From Octopus sinensis (lineage: Eukaryota), in contig NC_042997.1 in NCBI RefSeq assembly GCF_006345805.1, positions 141,918,001 through 141,982,000 of the forward strand: DNA of 64,000 nt, in the 5' to 3' direction. The position numbers and the translations under genes are program-made. Within the stretch, counting starts at the first letter, position 1. Each line of letters begins with the position of its first letter. Shown piece after piece: positions 24,523-39,310 of this stretch. The notes beneath the pieces are model-generated. The model had not been told where the DNA came from and searched no databases. It worked only from the letters and a program-made list of their open reading frames with translations.

Positions 24523-25817
24523 TCTTACTCTTTCTACTGACATGGATATCCATTTTTTTTTCTTATTCTCATTCTCTTCTCTTCCATTAAATTTATTCGC
24601 ATCTTCCGTAACTTTTAGAAATTTCATCTAAAACTATATAGTTCCAGTGAATATATACAGAAGTTGGTGAACGTAACGAATTCTTACACAAGCCTTTGAA
24701 AGTGCTTTCATAAGTTTCTTTACTCCCATTCAATTCCAAGTACAAGTTCGGCAACATTTTGGAAAATAAAAGGAGAAACAGTTATAATAAAAGGATTTTT
24801 AAAAACCCAGCTATTTCAAAATATCCCGTTTGCCCATACCCAATTTTCCAACTTTGTTTTTAATTTCACGTTTAAAACCATGGCGATTAAAATTCTTAAC
24901 ATTTTTTCCTCAACTTAATAATTTTTAAAAGTTATCCTCTCTCCTGTCTCCGTTCAGACTGTCGTTCACTTGCAAATGCGCGTATGCAGATTTTGCAATC
25001 AAATAGACACAACCAGGGCAGACTTTATGTGGTCGGTTGTTCGATAAACTAGAAAGAAGAATCAATTCTCCTTGAAAGCACATTTTTTTAACCACTTATA
25101 AAACGAAATATACGTCAGACATATATATAGTCGGAGAGACATTCTTTCGATTTCTGATCAAAAAATGAAAGCGGAAATATTAATGATATTAAGCAACGAC
25201 CAATCAGGCGTGTTCAATATCATCTTTCCTTTTTTTCATAATTTCCTCCAATTCTAATATTTTCAACAACACTACAATGATAAAAATTACGAGAATTTAT
25301 TGGATTTGTGTTTTGGTAAAGCTTGATCAGGGATACCCTTTATCAAAGACATTCATTCAATGAAACGTGTACACCTGTTTCAGCGGTGCACCCTACACTA
25401 CATTATGATATTAGCTATTGATGAGATAAAAGTGAAATATTGCAGTTTTTCCTAGATGCGATGGACTTCATATGTACTCAATCACTGGCTCTTTTCATGA
25501 AGCGTACGCATTGTGATAGTTTTGACAACCTTAAAGAGCTTTCCTTGTGCCTAATTTGAATCAGCAGTGGTTTTCCAGTAAGAAAAATAAATAGACCGAG
25601 CTAAATATACATTTGCGCACAAAATATATGATTTTCAACATTTTAAAGTAAACAGATATGGTAAGGACAATCGCATCTAGGAATGGTAAATATGATAAAC
25701 ACCTCCTCGAATTTACTATATCGTTATTATTATTACTAATATGCAAATGAGGCAACCTATTATGGGTAAGTGTACGAGTAGGGCATGTATATATTGAGAG
25801 GCTTAGGGAAAGCTGGT

Positions 25818-25841
25818 GTACTAGCTACGGCGGTACATATT

Positions 25842-25874
<33 letters not shown>

Positions 25875-25924
25875 GGCCCCTGCGCAAGGATGACACGCAA
25901 ATTCGTGAAGCGTTCCATATTTTT
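25818..25924 (+). ncRNA. U6: U6 snRNA copy 16
   Basis: Array-consensus U6 plus T5. Confidence 0.98.
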
Positions 25925-26916
25925 CTTACTCTTTCTACTGACATGGATATCCATTTTTTTTCTTATTCTCATTCTCTTCTCTTCCATTAAATTTATTCGC
26001 ATCTTCCGTAACTTTTAGAAATTTCATCTAAAACAATATAGATCCACTGAATATGTACAGAAGTTGGTGAACGTTGCGAATTCCTGCGCAAGCCATTCAA
26101 AAGTGCTTTTATAAGTTTCTTTGCTTGGTCGTTCGATAAGCTAGGAACAAGAATCAATTCTCTTTCAAAGCACGTTTTTCTAACCACTTATAAAACGAAA
26201 GGCATATTGGACATATATATATACACTGTCCGAGAGACATTATTTCGATTTGTGATCAAAATATGAAATTGGAAACAATAATGATATTAAGCAACGACCA
26301 ATCAGGCGTGTTCAATATCATGTTTCCATTTTTTCATAATTTCCTCCAATTCTAATATTTTCAACAACACTACAATGATAAAAATTACGAGAATTTATTG
26401 GATTTGTGTTTTGGTAAAGCTTGATCAGGGATACCCTTTATCAAAGACATTCATTCAATGAAACGTGTACACCTGTTTCAGCGGTGCACCCTACACTACA
26501 TTATGATATTAGCTATTGTTGAGACAGAAGTGAAATATTGCAGTTTTTCCTAGATGCGATGGACTTCATAAGTATTCAATCACTGGCTCTTTTCATGAAG
26601 AGCGCGCATTGTGATAGTTTTGACAACTTTAAAGAGCGTTCCTTGTGCCTAATTTGAATCAGCAGTGGTTTTCCAGTAAGAAAAATAAATAGAGCGAGCT
26701 AAATATACATTTGCGCACAAAATATATGATTTTCAACATTTTAAAGTAAACAGATATGGTAAGGACAATCGCATCTAGGAATGATAAATATGATAAACAC
26801 CTTCCAGAATTTACTTTATCGTTATTATTATTACAAATATGCAAATGAGGCAGCCTATTATGGGTAAGTGTAGGAGATAGGGCATGTATATATTGAGAGG
26901 CTTAGGGAAAGCTGGT

Positions 26917-26940
26917 GTACTAGCTACGGCGGTACATATT

Positions 26941-26973
<33 letters not shown>

Positions 26974-27023
26974 GGCCCCTGCGCAAGGATGACACGCAAA
27001 TTCGTGAAGCGTTCCATATTTTT
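26917..27023 (+). ncRNA. U6: U6 snRNA copy 17
   Basis: Array-consensus U6 plus T6. Confidence 0.98.
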
Positions 27024-28315
27024 TCTTACTCTTTCTACTGACATGGATATCCATTTTTTTTTCTTATTCTCATTCTCTTCTCTTCCATTAAATTTATTCG
27101 CATCTTCCGTAACTTTTAGAAATTTCATCTAAAACTATATAGTTCCAGTGAATATATACAGAAGTTGGTGAACGTAACGAATTCTTACACAAGCCTTTGA
27201 AAGTGCTTTCATAAGTTTCTTTACTCCCATTCAATTCCAAGTACAAGTTCGGCAACATTTTGGAAAATAAAAGGAGAAACAGTTATAATAAAAGGATTTT
27301 TAAAAACCCAGCTATTTCAAAATATCCCGTTTGCCCATACCCAATTTTCCAACTTTGTTTTTAATTTCACGTTTAAAACCATGGCGATTAAAATTCTTAA
27401 CATTTTTTCCTCAACTTAATAATTTTAAAAGTTATCCTCTCTCCTGTCTCCGTTCAGACTGTCGTTCACTTGCAAATGCGCGTATGCAGATTTTGCAATC
27501 AAATAGACACAACCAGGGCAGACTTTATGTGGTCGGTTGTTCGATAAACTAGAAAGAAGAATCAATTCTCCTTGAAAGCACATTTTTTTAACCACTTATA
27601 AAACGAAATATACGTCAGACATATATATAGTCGGAGAGACATTCTTTCGATTTCTGATCAAAAAATGAAAGCGGAAATATTAATGATATTAAGCAACGAC
27701 CAATCAGGCGTGTTCAATATCATCTTTCCTTTTTTTCATAATTTCCTCCAATTCTAATATTTTCAACAACACTACAATGATAAAAATTACGAGAATTTAT
27801 TGGATTTGTGTTTTGGTAAAGCTTGATCAGGGATACCCTTTATCAAAGACATTCATTCAATGAAACGTGTACACCTGTTTCAGCGGTGCACCCTACACTA
27901 CATTATGATATTAGCTATTGTTGAGACAGAAGTGAAATATTGCAGTTTTTCCTAGATGCGATGGACTTCATAAGTATTCAATCACTGGCTCTTTTCATGA
28001 AGAGCGCGCATTGTGATAGTTTTGACAACTTTAAAGAGCGTTCCTTGTGCCTAATTTGAATCAGCAGTGGTTTTCCAGTAAGAAAAATAAATAGAGCGAG
28101 CTAAATATACATTTGCGCACAAAATATATGATTTTCAACATTTTAAAGTAAACAGATATGGTAAGGACAATCGCATCTAGGAATGATAAATATGATAAAC
28201 ACCTTCCAGAATTTACTTATCGTTATTATTATTACAAATATGCAAATGAGGCAGCCTATTATGGGTAAGTGTAGGATAGGGCATGTATATATTGAGAGGC
28301 TTAGGGAAAGCTGGT

Positions 28316-28339
28316 GTACTAGCTACGGCGGTACATATT

Positions 28340-28372
<33 letters not shown>

Positions 28373-28422
28373 GGCCCCTGCGCAAGGATGACACGCAAAT
28401 TCGTGAAGCGTTCCATATTTTT
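28316..28422 (+). ncRNA. U6: U6 snRNA copy 18
   Basis: Array-consensus U6 plus T6. Confidence 0.98.
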
Positions 28423-29716
28423 TCTTACTCTTTCTACTGACATGGATATCCATTTTTTTTCTTATTCTCATTCTCTTCTCTTCCATTAAATTTATTCGCA
28501 TCTTCCGTAACTTTTAGAAATTTCATCTAAAACTATATAGTTCCAGTGAATATATACAGAAGTTGGTGAACGTAACGAATTCTTACACAAGCCTTTGAAA
28601 GTGCTTTCATAAGTTTCTTTACTCCCATTCAATTCCAAGTACAAGTTCGGCAACATTTTGGAAAATAAAAGGAGAAACAGTTATAATAAAAGGATTTTTA
28701 AAAACCCAGCTATTTCAAAATATCCCGTTTGCCCATACCCAATTTTCCAACTTTGTTTTTAATTTCACGTTTAAAACCATGGCGATTAAAATTCTTAACA
28801 TTTTTTCCTCAACTTAATAATTTTTAAAAGTTATCCTCTCTCCTGTCTCCGTTCAGACTGTCGTTCACTTGCAAATGCGCGTATGCAGATTTTGCAATCA
28901 AATAGACACAACCAGGGCAGACTTTATGTGGTCGGTTGTTCGATAAACTAGAAAGAAGAATCAATTCTCCTTGAAAGCACATTTTTTTAACCACTTATAA
29001 AACGAAATATACGTCAGACATATATATAGTCGGAGAGACATTCTTTCGATTTCTGATCAAAAAATGAAAGCGGAAATATTAATGATATTAAGCAACGACC
29101 AATCAGGCGTGTTCAATATCATCTTTCCTTTTTTTCATAATTTCCTCCAATTCTAATATTTTCAACAACACTACAATGATAAAAATTACGAGAATTTATT
29201 GGATTTGTGTTTTGGTAAAGCTTGATCAGGGATACCCTTTATCAAAGACATTCATTCAATGAAACGTGTACACCTGTTTCAGCGGTGCACCCTACACTAC
29301 ATTATGATATTAGCTATTGTTGAGACAGAAGTGAAATATTGCAGTTTTTCCTAGATGCGATGGACTTCATAAGTATTCAATCACTGGCTCTTTTCATGAA
29401 GAGCGCGCATTGTGATAGTTTTGACAACTTTAAAGAGCGTTCCTTGTGCCTAATTTGAATCAGCAGTGGTTTTCCAGTAAGAAAAATAAATAGAGCGAGC
29501 TAAATATACATTTGCGCACAAAATATATGATTTTCAACATTTTAAAGTAAACAGATATGGTAAGGACAATCGCATCTAGGAATGATAAATATGATAAACA
29601 CCTTCCAGAATTTACTATATCGTTATTATTATTACAATATGCAAATGAGGCAGCCTATTATGGGTAAGTGTACGAGATAGGGCATGTATATATTGAGAGG
29701 CTTAGGGAAAGCTGGT

Positions 29717-29740
29717 GTACTAGCTACGGCGGTACATATT

Positions 29741-29773
<33 letters not shown>

Positions 29774-29823
29774 GGCCCCTGCGCAAGGATGACACGCAAA
29801 TTCGTGAAGCGTTCCATATTTTT
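29717..29823 (+). ncRNA. U6: U6 snRNA copy 19
   Basis: Array-consensus U6 plus T6. Confidence 0.98.
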
Positions 29824-31119
29824 TCTTACTCTTTCTACTGACATGGATATCCATTTTTTTTTCTTATTCTCATTCTCTTCTCTTCCATTAAATTTATTCG
29901 CATCTTCCGTAACTTTTAGAAATTTCATCTAAAACTATATAGTTCCAGTGAATATATACAGAAGTTGGTGAACGTAACGAATTCTTACACAAGCCTTTGA
30001 AAGTGCTTTCATAAGTTTCTTTACTCCCATTCAATTCCAAGTACAAGTTCGGCAACATTTTGGAAAATAAAAGGAGAAACAGTTATAATAAAAGGATTTT
30101 TAAAAACCCAGCTATTTCAAAATATCCCGTTTGCCCATACCCAATTTTCCAACTTTATTTTTAATTTCACGTTTAAAACCATGGCGATTAAAATTCTTAA
30201 CATTTTTTCCTCAACTTAATAATTTTTAAAAGTTATCCTCTCTCCTGTCTCCGTTCAGACTGTCGTTCACTTGCAAATGCGCGTATGCAGATTTTGCAAT
30301 CAAATAGACACAACCAGGGCAGACTTTATGTGGTCGGTTGTTCGATAAACTAGAAAGAAGAATCAATTCTCCTTGAAAGCACATTTTTTTAACCACTTAT
30401 AAAACGAAATATACGTCAGACATATATATAGTCGGAGAGACATTCTTTCGATTTCTGATCAAAAAATGAAAGCGGAAATATTAATGATATTAAGCAACGA
30501 CCAATCAGGCGTGTTCAATATCATCTTTCCTTTTTTTCATAATTTCCTCCAATTCTAATATTTTCAACAACACTACAATGATAAAAATTACGAGAATTTA
30601 TTGGATTTGTGTTTTGGTAAAGCTTGATCAGGGATACCCTTTATCAAAGACATTCATTCAATGAAACGTGTACACCTGTTTCAGCGGTGCACCCTACACT
30701 ACATTATGATATTAGCTATTGATGAGATAAAAGTGAAATATTGCAATTTTTTCCTAGATGCGATGGACTTCATATGTACTCAATCACTGGCTCTTTTCAT
30801 GAAGCGTACGCATTGTGATAGTTTTGACAACCTTAAAGAGCTTTCCTTGTGCCTAATTTGAATCAGCAGTGGTTTTCCAGTAAGAAAAATAAATAGACCG
30901 AGCTAAATATACATTTGCGCACAAAATATATGATTTTCAACATTTTAAAGTAAACAGATATGGTAAGGACAATCGCATCTAGGAATGGTAAATATGATAA
31001 ACACCTCCTCGAATTTACTATATCGTTATTATTATTACTAATATGCAAATGAGGCAACCTATTATGGGTAAGTGTACGAGTAGGGCATGTATATATTGAG
31101 AGGCTTAGGGAAAGCTGGT

Positions 31120-31143
31120 GTACTAGCTACGGCGGTACATATT

Positions 31144-31176
<33 letters not shown>

Positions 31177-31226
31177 GGCCCCTGCGCAAGGATGACACGC
31201 AAATTCGTGAAGCGTTCCATATTTTT
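31120..31226 (+). ncRNA. U6: U6 snRNA copy 20
   Basis: Array-consensus U6 plus T5. Confidence 0.98.
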
Positions 31227-32218
31227 CTTACTCTTTCTACTGACATGGATATCCATTTTTTTTCTTATTCTCATTCTCTTCTCTTCCATTAGATTTATTC
31301 GCATCTTCCGTAACTTTTAGAAATTTCATCTAAAACAATATAGATCCACTGAATATGTACAGAAGTTGGTGAACGTAGCGAATTCCTGCGCAAGCCATTC
31401 AAAAGTGCTTTTATAAGTTTCTTTGCTTGGTCGTTCGATAAGCTAGGAACAAGAATCAATTCTCTTTCAAAGCACGTTTTTCTAACCACTTATAAAACGA
31501 AAGGCATATTGGACATATATATATACACTGTCCGAGAGACATTATTTCGATTTGTGATCAAAATATGAAATTGGAAACAATAATGATATTAAGCAACGAC
31601 CAATCAGGCGTGTTCAATATCATGTTTCCATTTTTTCATAATTTCCTCCAATTCTAATATTTTCAACAACACTACAATGATAAAAATTACGAGAATTTAT
31701 TGGATTTGTGTTTTGGTAAAGCTTGATCAGGGATACACTTTATCAAAGACATTCATTCAATGAAACGTGTACACCTGTTTCAGCGGTGCACCCTACACTA
31801 CATTATGATATTAGCTATTGTTGAGACAGAAGTGAAATATTGCAGTTTTTCCTAGATGCGATGGACTTCATAAGTATTCAATCACTGGCTCTTTTCATGA
31901 AGAGCGCGCATTGTGATAGTTTTGACAACTTTAAAGAGCGTTCCTTGTGCCTAATTTGAATCAGCAGTGGTTTTCCAGTAAGAAAAATAAATAGAGCGAG
32001 CTAAATATACATTTGCGCACAAAATATATGATTTTCAACATTTTAAAGTAAACAGATATGGTAAGGACAATCGCATCTAGGAATGATAAATATGATAAAC
32101 ACCTTCCAGAATTTACTTTATCGTTATTATTATTACAAATATGCAAATGAGGCAGCCTATTATGGGTAAGTGTAGGAGATAGGGCATGTATATATTGAGA
32201 GGCTTAGGGAAAGCTGGT

Positions 32219-32242
32219 GTACTAGCTACGGCGGTACATATT

Positions 32243-32275
<33 letters not shown>

Positions 32276-32325
32276 GGCCCCTGCGCAAGGATGACACGCA
32301 AATTCGTGAAGCGTTCCATATTTTT
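32219..32325 (+). ncRNA. U6: U6 snRNA copy 21
   Basis: Array-consensus U6 plus T6. Confidence 0.98.
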
Positions 32326-33620
32326 TCTTACTCTTTCTACTGACATGGATATCCATTTTTTTTTCTTATTCTCATTCTCTTCTCTTCCATTAAATTTATT
32401 CGCATCTTCCGTAACTTTTAGAAATTTCATCTAAAACTATATAGTTCCAGTGAATATATACAGAAGTTGGTGAACGTAACGAATTCTTACACAAGCCTTT
32501 GAAAGTGCTTTCATAAGTTTCTTTACTCCCATTCAATTCCAAGTACAAGTTCGGCAACATTTTGGAAAATAAAAGGAGAAACAGTTATAATAAAAGGATT
32601 TTTAAAAACCCAGCTATTTCAAAATATCCCGTTTGCCCATACCCAATTTTCCAACTTTGTTTTTAATTTCACGTTTAAAACCATGGCGATTAAAATTCTT
32701 AACATTTTTTCCTCAACTTAATAATTTTAAAAGTTATCCTCTCTCCTGTCTCCGTTCAGACTGTCGTTCACTTGCAAATGCGCGTATGCAGATTTTGCAA
32801 TCAAATAGACACAACCAGGGCAGACTTTATGTGGTCGGTTGTTCGATAAACTAGAAAGAAGAATCAATTCTCCTTGAAAGCACATTTTTTTAACCACTTA
32901 TAAAACGAAATATACGTCAGACATATATATAGTCGGAGAGACATTCTTTCGATTTCTGATCAAAAAATGAAAGCGGAAATATTAATGATATTAAGCAACG
33001 ACCAATCAGGCGTGTTCAATATCATCTTTCCTTTTTTTCATAATTTCCTCCAATTCTAATATTTTCAACAACACTACAATGATAAAAATTACGAGAATTT
33101 ATTGGATTTGTGTTTTGGTAAAGCTTGATCAGGGATACCCTTTATCAAAGACATTCATTCAATGAAACGTGTACACCTGTTTCAGCGGTGCACCCTACAC
33201 TACATTATGATATTAGCTATTGTTGAGACAGAAGTGAAATATTGCAGTTTTTCCTAGATGCGATGGACTTCATAAGTATTCAATCACTGGCTCTTTTCAT
33301 GAAGAGCGCGCATTGTGATAGTTTTGACAACTTTAAAGAGCGTTCCTTGTGCCTAATTTGAATCAGCAGTGGTTTTCCAGTAAGAAAAATAAATAGAGCG
33401 AGCTAAATATACATTTGCGCACAAAATATATGATTTTCAACATTTTAAAGTAAACAGATATGGTAAGGACAATCGCATCTAGGAATGATAAATATGATAA
33501 ACACCTTCCAGAATTTACTTTATCGTTATTATTATTACAAATATGCAAATGAGGCAGCCTATTATGGGTAAGTGTAGGAGATAGGGCATGTATATATTGA
33601 GAGGCTTAGGGAAAGCTGGT

Positions 33621-33644
33621 GTACTAGCTACGGCGGTACATATT

Positions 33645-33677
<33 letters not shown>

Positions 33678-33727
33678 GGCCCCTGCGCAAGGATGACACG
33701 CAAATTCGTGAAGCGTTCCATATTTTT
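33621..33727 (+). ncRNA. U6: U6 snRNA copy 22
   Basis: Array-consensus U6 plus T6. Confidence 0.98.
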
Positions 33728-35022
33728 TCTTACTCTTTCTACTGACATGGATATCCATTTTTTTTTCTTATTCTCATTCTCTTCTCTTCCATTAAATTTA
33801 TTCGCATCTTCCGTAACTTTTAGAAATTTCATCTAAAACTATATAGTTCCAGTGAATATATACAGAAGTTGGTGAACGTAACGAATTCTTACACAAGCCT
33901 TTGAAAGTGCTTTCATAAGTTTCTTTACTCCCATTCAATTCCAAGTACAAGTTCGGCAACATTTTGGAAAATAAAAGGAGAAACAGTTATAATAAAAGGA
34001 TTTTTAAAAACCCAGCTATTTCAAAATATCCCGTTTGCCCATACCCAATTTTCCAACTTTGTTTTTAATTTCACGTTTAAAACCATGGCGATTAAAATTC
34101 TTAACATTTTTTCCTCAACTTAATAATTTTTAAAAGTTATCCTCTCTCCTGTCTCCGTTCAGACTGTCGTTCACTTGCAAATGCGCGTATGCAGATTTTG
34201 CAATCAAATAGACACAACCAGGGCAGACTTTATGTGGTCGGTTGTTCGATAAACTAGAAAGAAGAATCAATTCTCCTTGAAAGCACATTTTTTAACCACT
34301 TATAAAACGAAATATACGTCAGACATATGTATAGTCGGAGAGACATTCTTTCGATTTCTGATCAAAAAATGAAAGCGGAAATATTAATGATATTAAGCAA
34401 CGACCAATCAGGCGTGTTCAATATCATCTTTCCTTTTTTTCATAATTTCCTCCAATTCTAATATTTTCAACAACACTACAATGATAAAAATTACGAGAAT
34501 TTATTGGATTTGTGTTTTGGTAAAGCTTGATCAGGGATACCCTTTATCAAAGACATTCATTCAATGAAACGTGTACACCTGTTTCAGCGGTGCACCCTAC
34601 ACTACATTATGATATTAGCTATTGTTGAGACAGAAGTGAAATATTGCAGTTTTTCCTAGATGCGATGGACTTCATAAGTATTCAATCACTGGCTCTTTTC
34701 ATGAAGAGCGCGCATTGTGATAGTTTTGACAACTTTAAAGAGCGTTCCTTGTGCCTAATTTGAATCAGCAGTGGTTTTCCAGTAAGAAAAATAAATAGAG
34801 CGAGCTAAATATACATTTGCGCACAAAATATATGATTTTCAACATTTTAAAGTAAACAGATATGGTAAGGACAATCGCATCTAGGAATGATAAATATGAT
34901 AAACACCTTCCAGAATTTACTATATCGTTATTATTATTACTAATATGCAAATGAGGCAGCCTATTATGGGTAAGTGTACGAGATAGGGCATGTATATATT
35001 GAGAGGCTTAGGGAAAGCTGGT

Positions 35023-35046
35023 GTACTAGCTACGGCGGTACATATT

Positions 35047-35079
<33 letters not shown>

Positions 35080-35129
35080 GGCCCCTGCGCAAGGATGACA
35101 CGCAAATTCGTGAAGCGTTCCATATTTTT
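35023..35129 (+). ncRNA. U6: U6 snRNA copy 23
   Basis: Array-consensus U6 plus T6. Confidence 0.98.
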
Positions 35130-36425
35130 TCTTACTCTTTCTACTGACATGGATATCCATTTTTTTTTCTTATTCTCATTCTCTTCTCTTCCATTAAATT
35201 TATTCGCATCTTCCGTAACTTTTAGAAATTTCATCTAAAACTATATAGTTCCAGTGAATATATACAGAAGTTGGTGAACGTAACGAATTCTTACACAAGC
35301 CTTTGAAAGTGCTTTCATAAGTTTCTTTACTCCCATTCAATTCCAAGTACAAGTTCGGCAACATTTTGGAAAATAAAAGGAGAAACAGTTATAATAAAAG
35401 GATTTTTAAAAACCCAGCTATTTCAAAATATCCCGTTTGCCCATACCCAATTTTCCAACTTTATTTTTAATTTCACGTTTAAAACCATGGCGATTAAAAT
35501 TCTTAACATTTTTTCCTCAACTTAATAATTTTTAAAAGTTATCCTCTCTCCTGTCTCCGTTCAGACTGTCGTTCACTTGCAAATGCGCGTATGCAGATTT
35601 TGCAATCAAATAGACACAACCAGGGCAGACTTTATGTGGTCGGTTGTTCGATAAACTAGAAAGAAGAATCAATTCTCCTTGAAAGCACATTTTTTTAACC
35701 ACTTATAAAACGAAATATACGTCAGACATATATATAGTCGGAGAGACATTCTTTCGATTTCTGATCAAAAAATGAAAGCGGAAATATTAATGATATTAAG
35801 CAACGACCAATCAGGCGTGTTCAATATCATCTTTCCTTTTTTTCATAATTTCCTCCAATTCTAATATTTTCAACAACACTACAATGATAAAAATTACGAG
35901 AATTTATTGGATTTGTGTTTTGGTAAAGCTTGATCAGGGATACCCTTTATCAAAGACATTCATTCAATGAAACGTGTACACCTGTTTCAGCGGTGCACCC
36001 TACACTACATTATGATATTAGCTATTGTTGAGACAGAAGTGAAATATTGCAGTTTTTCCTAGATGCGATGGACTTCATAAGTATTCAATCACTGGCTCTT
36101 TTCATGAAGAGCGCGCATTGTGATAGTTTTGACAACTTTAAAGAGCGTTCCTTGTGCCTAATTTGAATCAGCAGTGGTTTTCCAGTAAGAAAAATAAATA
36201 GAGCGAGCTAAATATACATTTGCGCACAAAATATATGATTTTCAACATTTTAAAGTAAACAGATATGGTAAGGACAATCGCATCTAGGAATGATAAATAT
36301 GATAAACACCTTCCAGAATTTACTATATCGTTATTATTATTACTAATATGCAAATGAGGCAGCCTATTATGGGTAAGTGTAGGAGATAGGGCATGTATAT
36401 ATTGAGAGGCTTAGGGAAAGCTGGT

Positions 36426-36449
36426 GTACTAGCTACGGCGGTACATATT

Positions 36450-36482
<33 letters not shown>

Positions 36483-36532
36483 GGCCCCTTCGCAAGGATG
36501 ACACGCAAATTCGTGAAGCGTTCCATATTTTT
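36426..36532 (+). ncRNA. U6: U6 snRNA copy 24 (G65U in ISL loop)
   Basis: ggccccttcgcaagg instead of ggcccctgcgcaagg (position 36490). Confidence 0.95.
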
Positions 36533-37828
36533 TCTTACTCTTTCTACTGACATGGATATCCATTTTTTTTTCTTATTCTCATTCTCTTCTCTTCCATTAA
36601 ATTTATTCGCATCTTCCGTAACTTTTAGAAATTTCATCTAAAACTATATAGTTCCAGTGAATATATACAGAAGTTGGTGAACGTAACGAATTCTTACACA
36701 AGCCTTTGAAAGTGCTTTCATAAGTTTCTTTACTCCCATTCAATTCCAAGTACAAGTTCGGCAACATTTTGGAAAATAAAAGGAGAAACAGTTATAATAA
36801 AAGGATTTTTAAAAACCCAGCTATTTCAAAATATCCCGTTTGCCCATACCCAATTTTCCAACTTTGTTTTTAATTTCACGTTTAAAACCATGGCGATTAA
36901 AATTCTTAACATTTTTTCCTCAACTTAATAATTTTAAAAAGTTATCCTCTCTCCTGTCTCCGTTCAGACTGTCGTTCACTTGCAAATGCGCGTATGCAGA
37001 TTTTGCAATCAAATAGACACAACCAGGGCAGACTTTATGTGGTCGGTTGTTCGATAAACTAGAAAGAAGAATCAATTCTCCTTGAAAGCACATTTTTTTA
37101 ACCACTTATAAAACGAAATATACGTCAGACATATATATAGTCGGAGAGACATTCTTTCGATTTCTGATCAAAAAATGAAAGCGGAAATATTAATGATATT
37201 AAGCAACGACCAATCAGGCGTGTTCAATATCATCTTTCCTTTTTTTCATAATTTCCTCCAATTCTAATATTTTCAACAACACTACAATGATAAAAATTAC
37301 GAGAATTTATTGGATTTGTGTTTTGGTAAAGCTTGATCAGGGATACCCTTTATCAAAGACATTCATTCAATGAAACGTGTACACCTGTTTCAGCGGTGCA
37401 CCCTACACAACATTATGATATTAGCTATTGTTGAGACAGAAGTGAAATATTGCAGTTTTTCCTAGATGCGATGGACTTCATAAGTATTCAATCACTGGCT
37501 CTTTTCATGAAGAGCGCGCATTGTGATAGTTTTGACAACTTTAAAGAGCGTTCCTTGTGCCTAATTTGAATCAGCAGTGGTTTTCCAGTAAGAAAAATAA
37601 ATAGAGCGAGCTAAATATACATTTGCGCACAAAATATATGATTTTCAACATTTTAAAGTAAACAGATATGGTAAGGACAATCGCATCTAGGAATGATAAA
37701 TATGATAAACACCTTCCAGAATTTACTATATCGTTATTATTATTACTAATATGCAAATGAGGCAGCCTATTATGGGTAAGTGTACGAGATAGGGCATGTA
37801 TATATTGAGAGGCTTAGGGAAAACTGGT

Positions 37829-37852
37829 GTACTAGCTACGGCGGTACATATT

Positions 37853-37885
<33 letters not shown>

Positions 37886-37936
37886 GGCCCCTGCGCAAGG
37901 ATGACACGTAAATTCGTGAAGCGTTCCATATCTTTT
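37829..37936 (+). ncRNA. U6: U6 snRNA copy 25 (C81U; interrupted terminator TCTTTT)
   Basis: gacacgtaaatt (position 37909); ccatatcttttc. Confidence 0.93.
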
Positions 37937-39203
37937 CTTACTCTTTCTACTGACATGGATATCCATTTTTTTTTCTTATTCTCATTCTCTTCTCTTCCAT
38001 TAAATTTTCTGTAACTTTTAGAAATTTCATCTAAAACTATATAGTTCCAGTGAATATATACAGAAATTGGTGAACGTAACGAATGAAAGTGCTTTCATAA
38101 GTTTCTTTACTCCCATTCAATTCCAAGTACAAGTTCGGCAACATTTTGGAAAGTAAAAGGAGAAACAGTTATAATAAAAGGATTTTTAAAAACCCAGCTA
38201 TTTCACAATATCCCGTTTGCCCATACCCAATTTTCCAACTTTGTTTTTAATTTCACGTTTAAAACCATGGCGATTAAAATTCTTAATATTTTTCCCCAAC
38301 TTGATAATTTTTAAAAGTTATCCTCTCTCCTGTCTCCATTCAGACTGTCTCACTTGCAAATGCGCGTATGCAGATTTTGCAATCAAATAGACACAACCAG
38401 GGCAGACTTTATGTGGTCGGTTGTTCGATAAACTAGAAAGAAGAATCAATTCTCCTTGAAAGCACATTTTTCTAACCACTTATAAAACGAAATATACGTC
38501 GGACATATAAATAGTCGGAGAGACATTCTTTCGATTTCTGATCAAAAAATGAAAGCGGAAATATTAACGATATTAAGCAACGACCAATCAGACGTGTTCA
38601 ATATCATCTTTCCTTTTTTTCATAATTTCCTCCAATTCTAATATTTTCAACAACACTACAATGATAAAAATTACGAGAATTTATTGGATTTGTGTTTTGG
38701 TAAAGCTTGATCAGGGAGACCCTTTATCAAAGACATTCAATCAATGAAACGTGTACACCTGTTTCAGTGGTGCACCCTACACTACATTATGATATTAGCT
38801 ATTGTTGAGATAAAAGTGAAATATTGCAGTTTTTTCCTAGATGCGATGGACTTCATATGTACTCAATTACTGGCTCTTTTCATGAAGAGCGCGCATTGTG
38901 ATAGTTTTGACAACTTTAAAGAGCGTTCCTTGTGCCTAATTTGAATCAGCAGTGGTTTTCCAGTAAGAAAAATAAATAGAGCGAGCTAAATATACATTTG
39001 CGCACAAAATATATGATTTTCAACATTTTAAAGTAAACAGATATGGCAAGGACAATTATATCTAGGAATGGAAAATATGATAAACACCTTCTAGAATTTA
39101 CTATATCGTTATTATTATTACAAATATGCAAATGAGGCAGCCTATTATGGGTAAGTGTACGAGATAGGGCATGTATATATTGAGAGGCTTAGGGAAAGCT
39201 GTT

Positions 39204-39227
39204 GTACTAGCTACGGCGGTACATATT

Positions 39228-39260
<33 letters not shown>

Positions 39261-39310
39261 GGCCCCTGCGCAAGGATGACACGCAAATTCGTGAAGCGTT
39301 CCATATTTTT
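39204..39310 (+). ncRNA. U6: U6 snRNA copy 26
   Basis: Array-consensus U6 plus T6. Confidence 0.98.
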
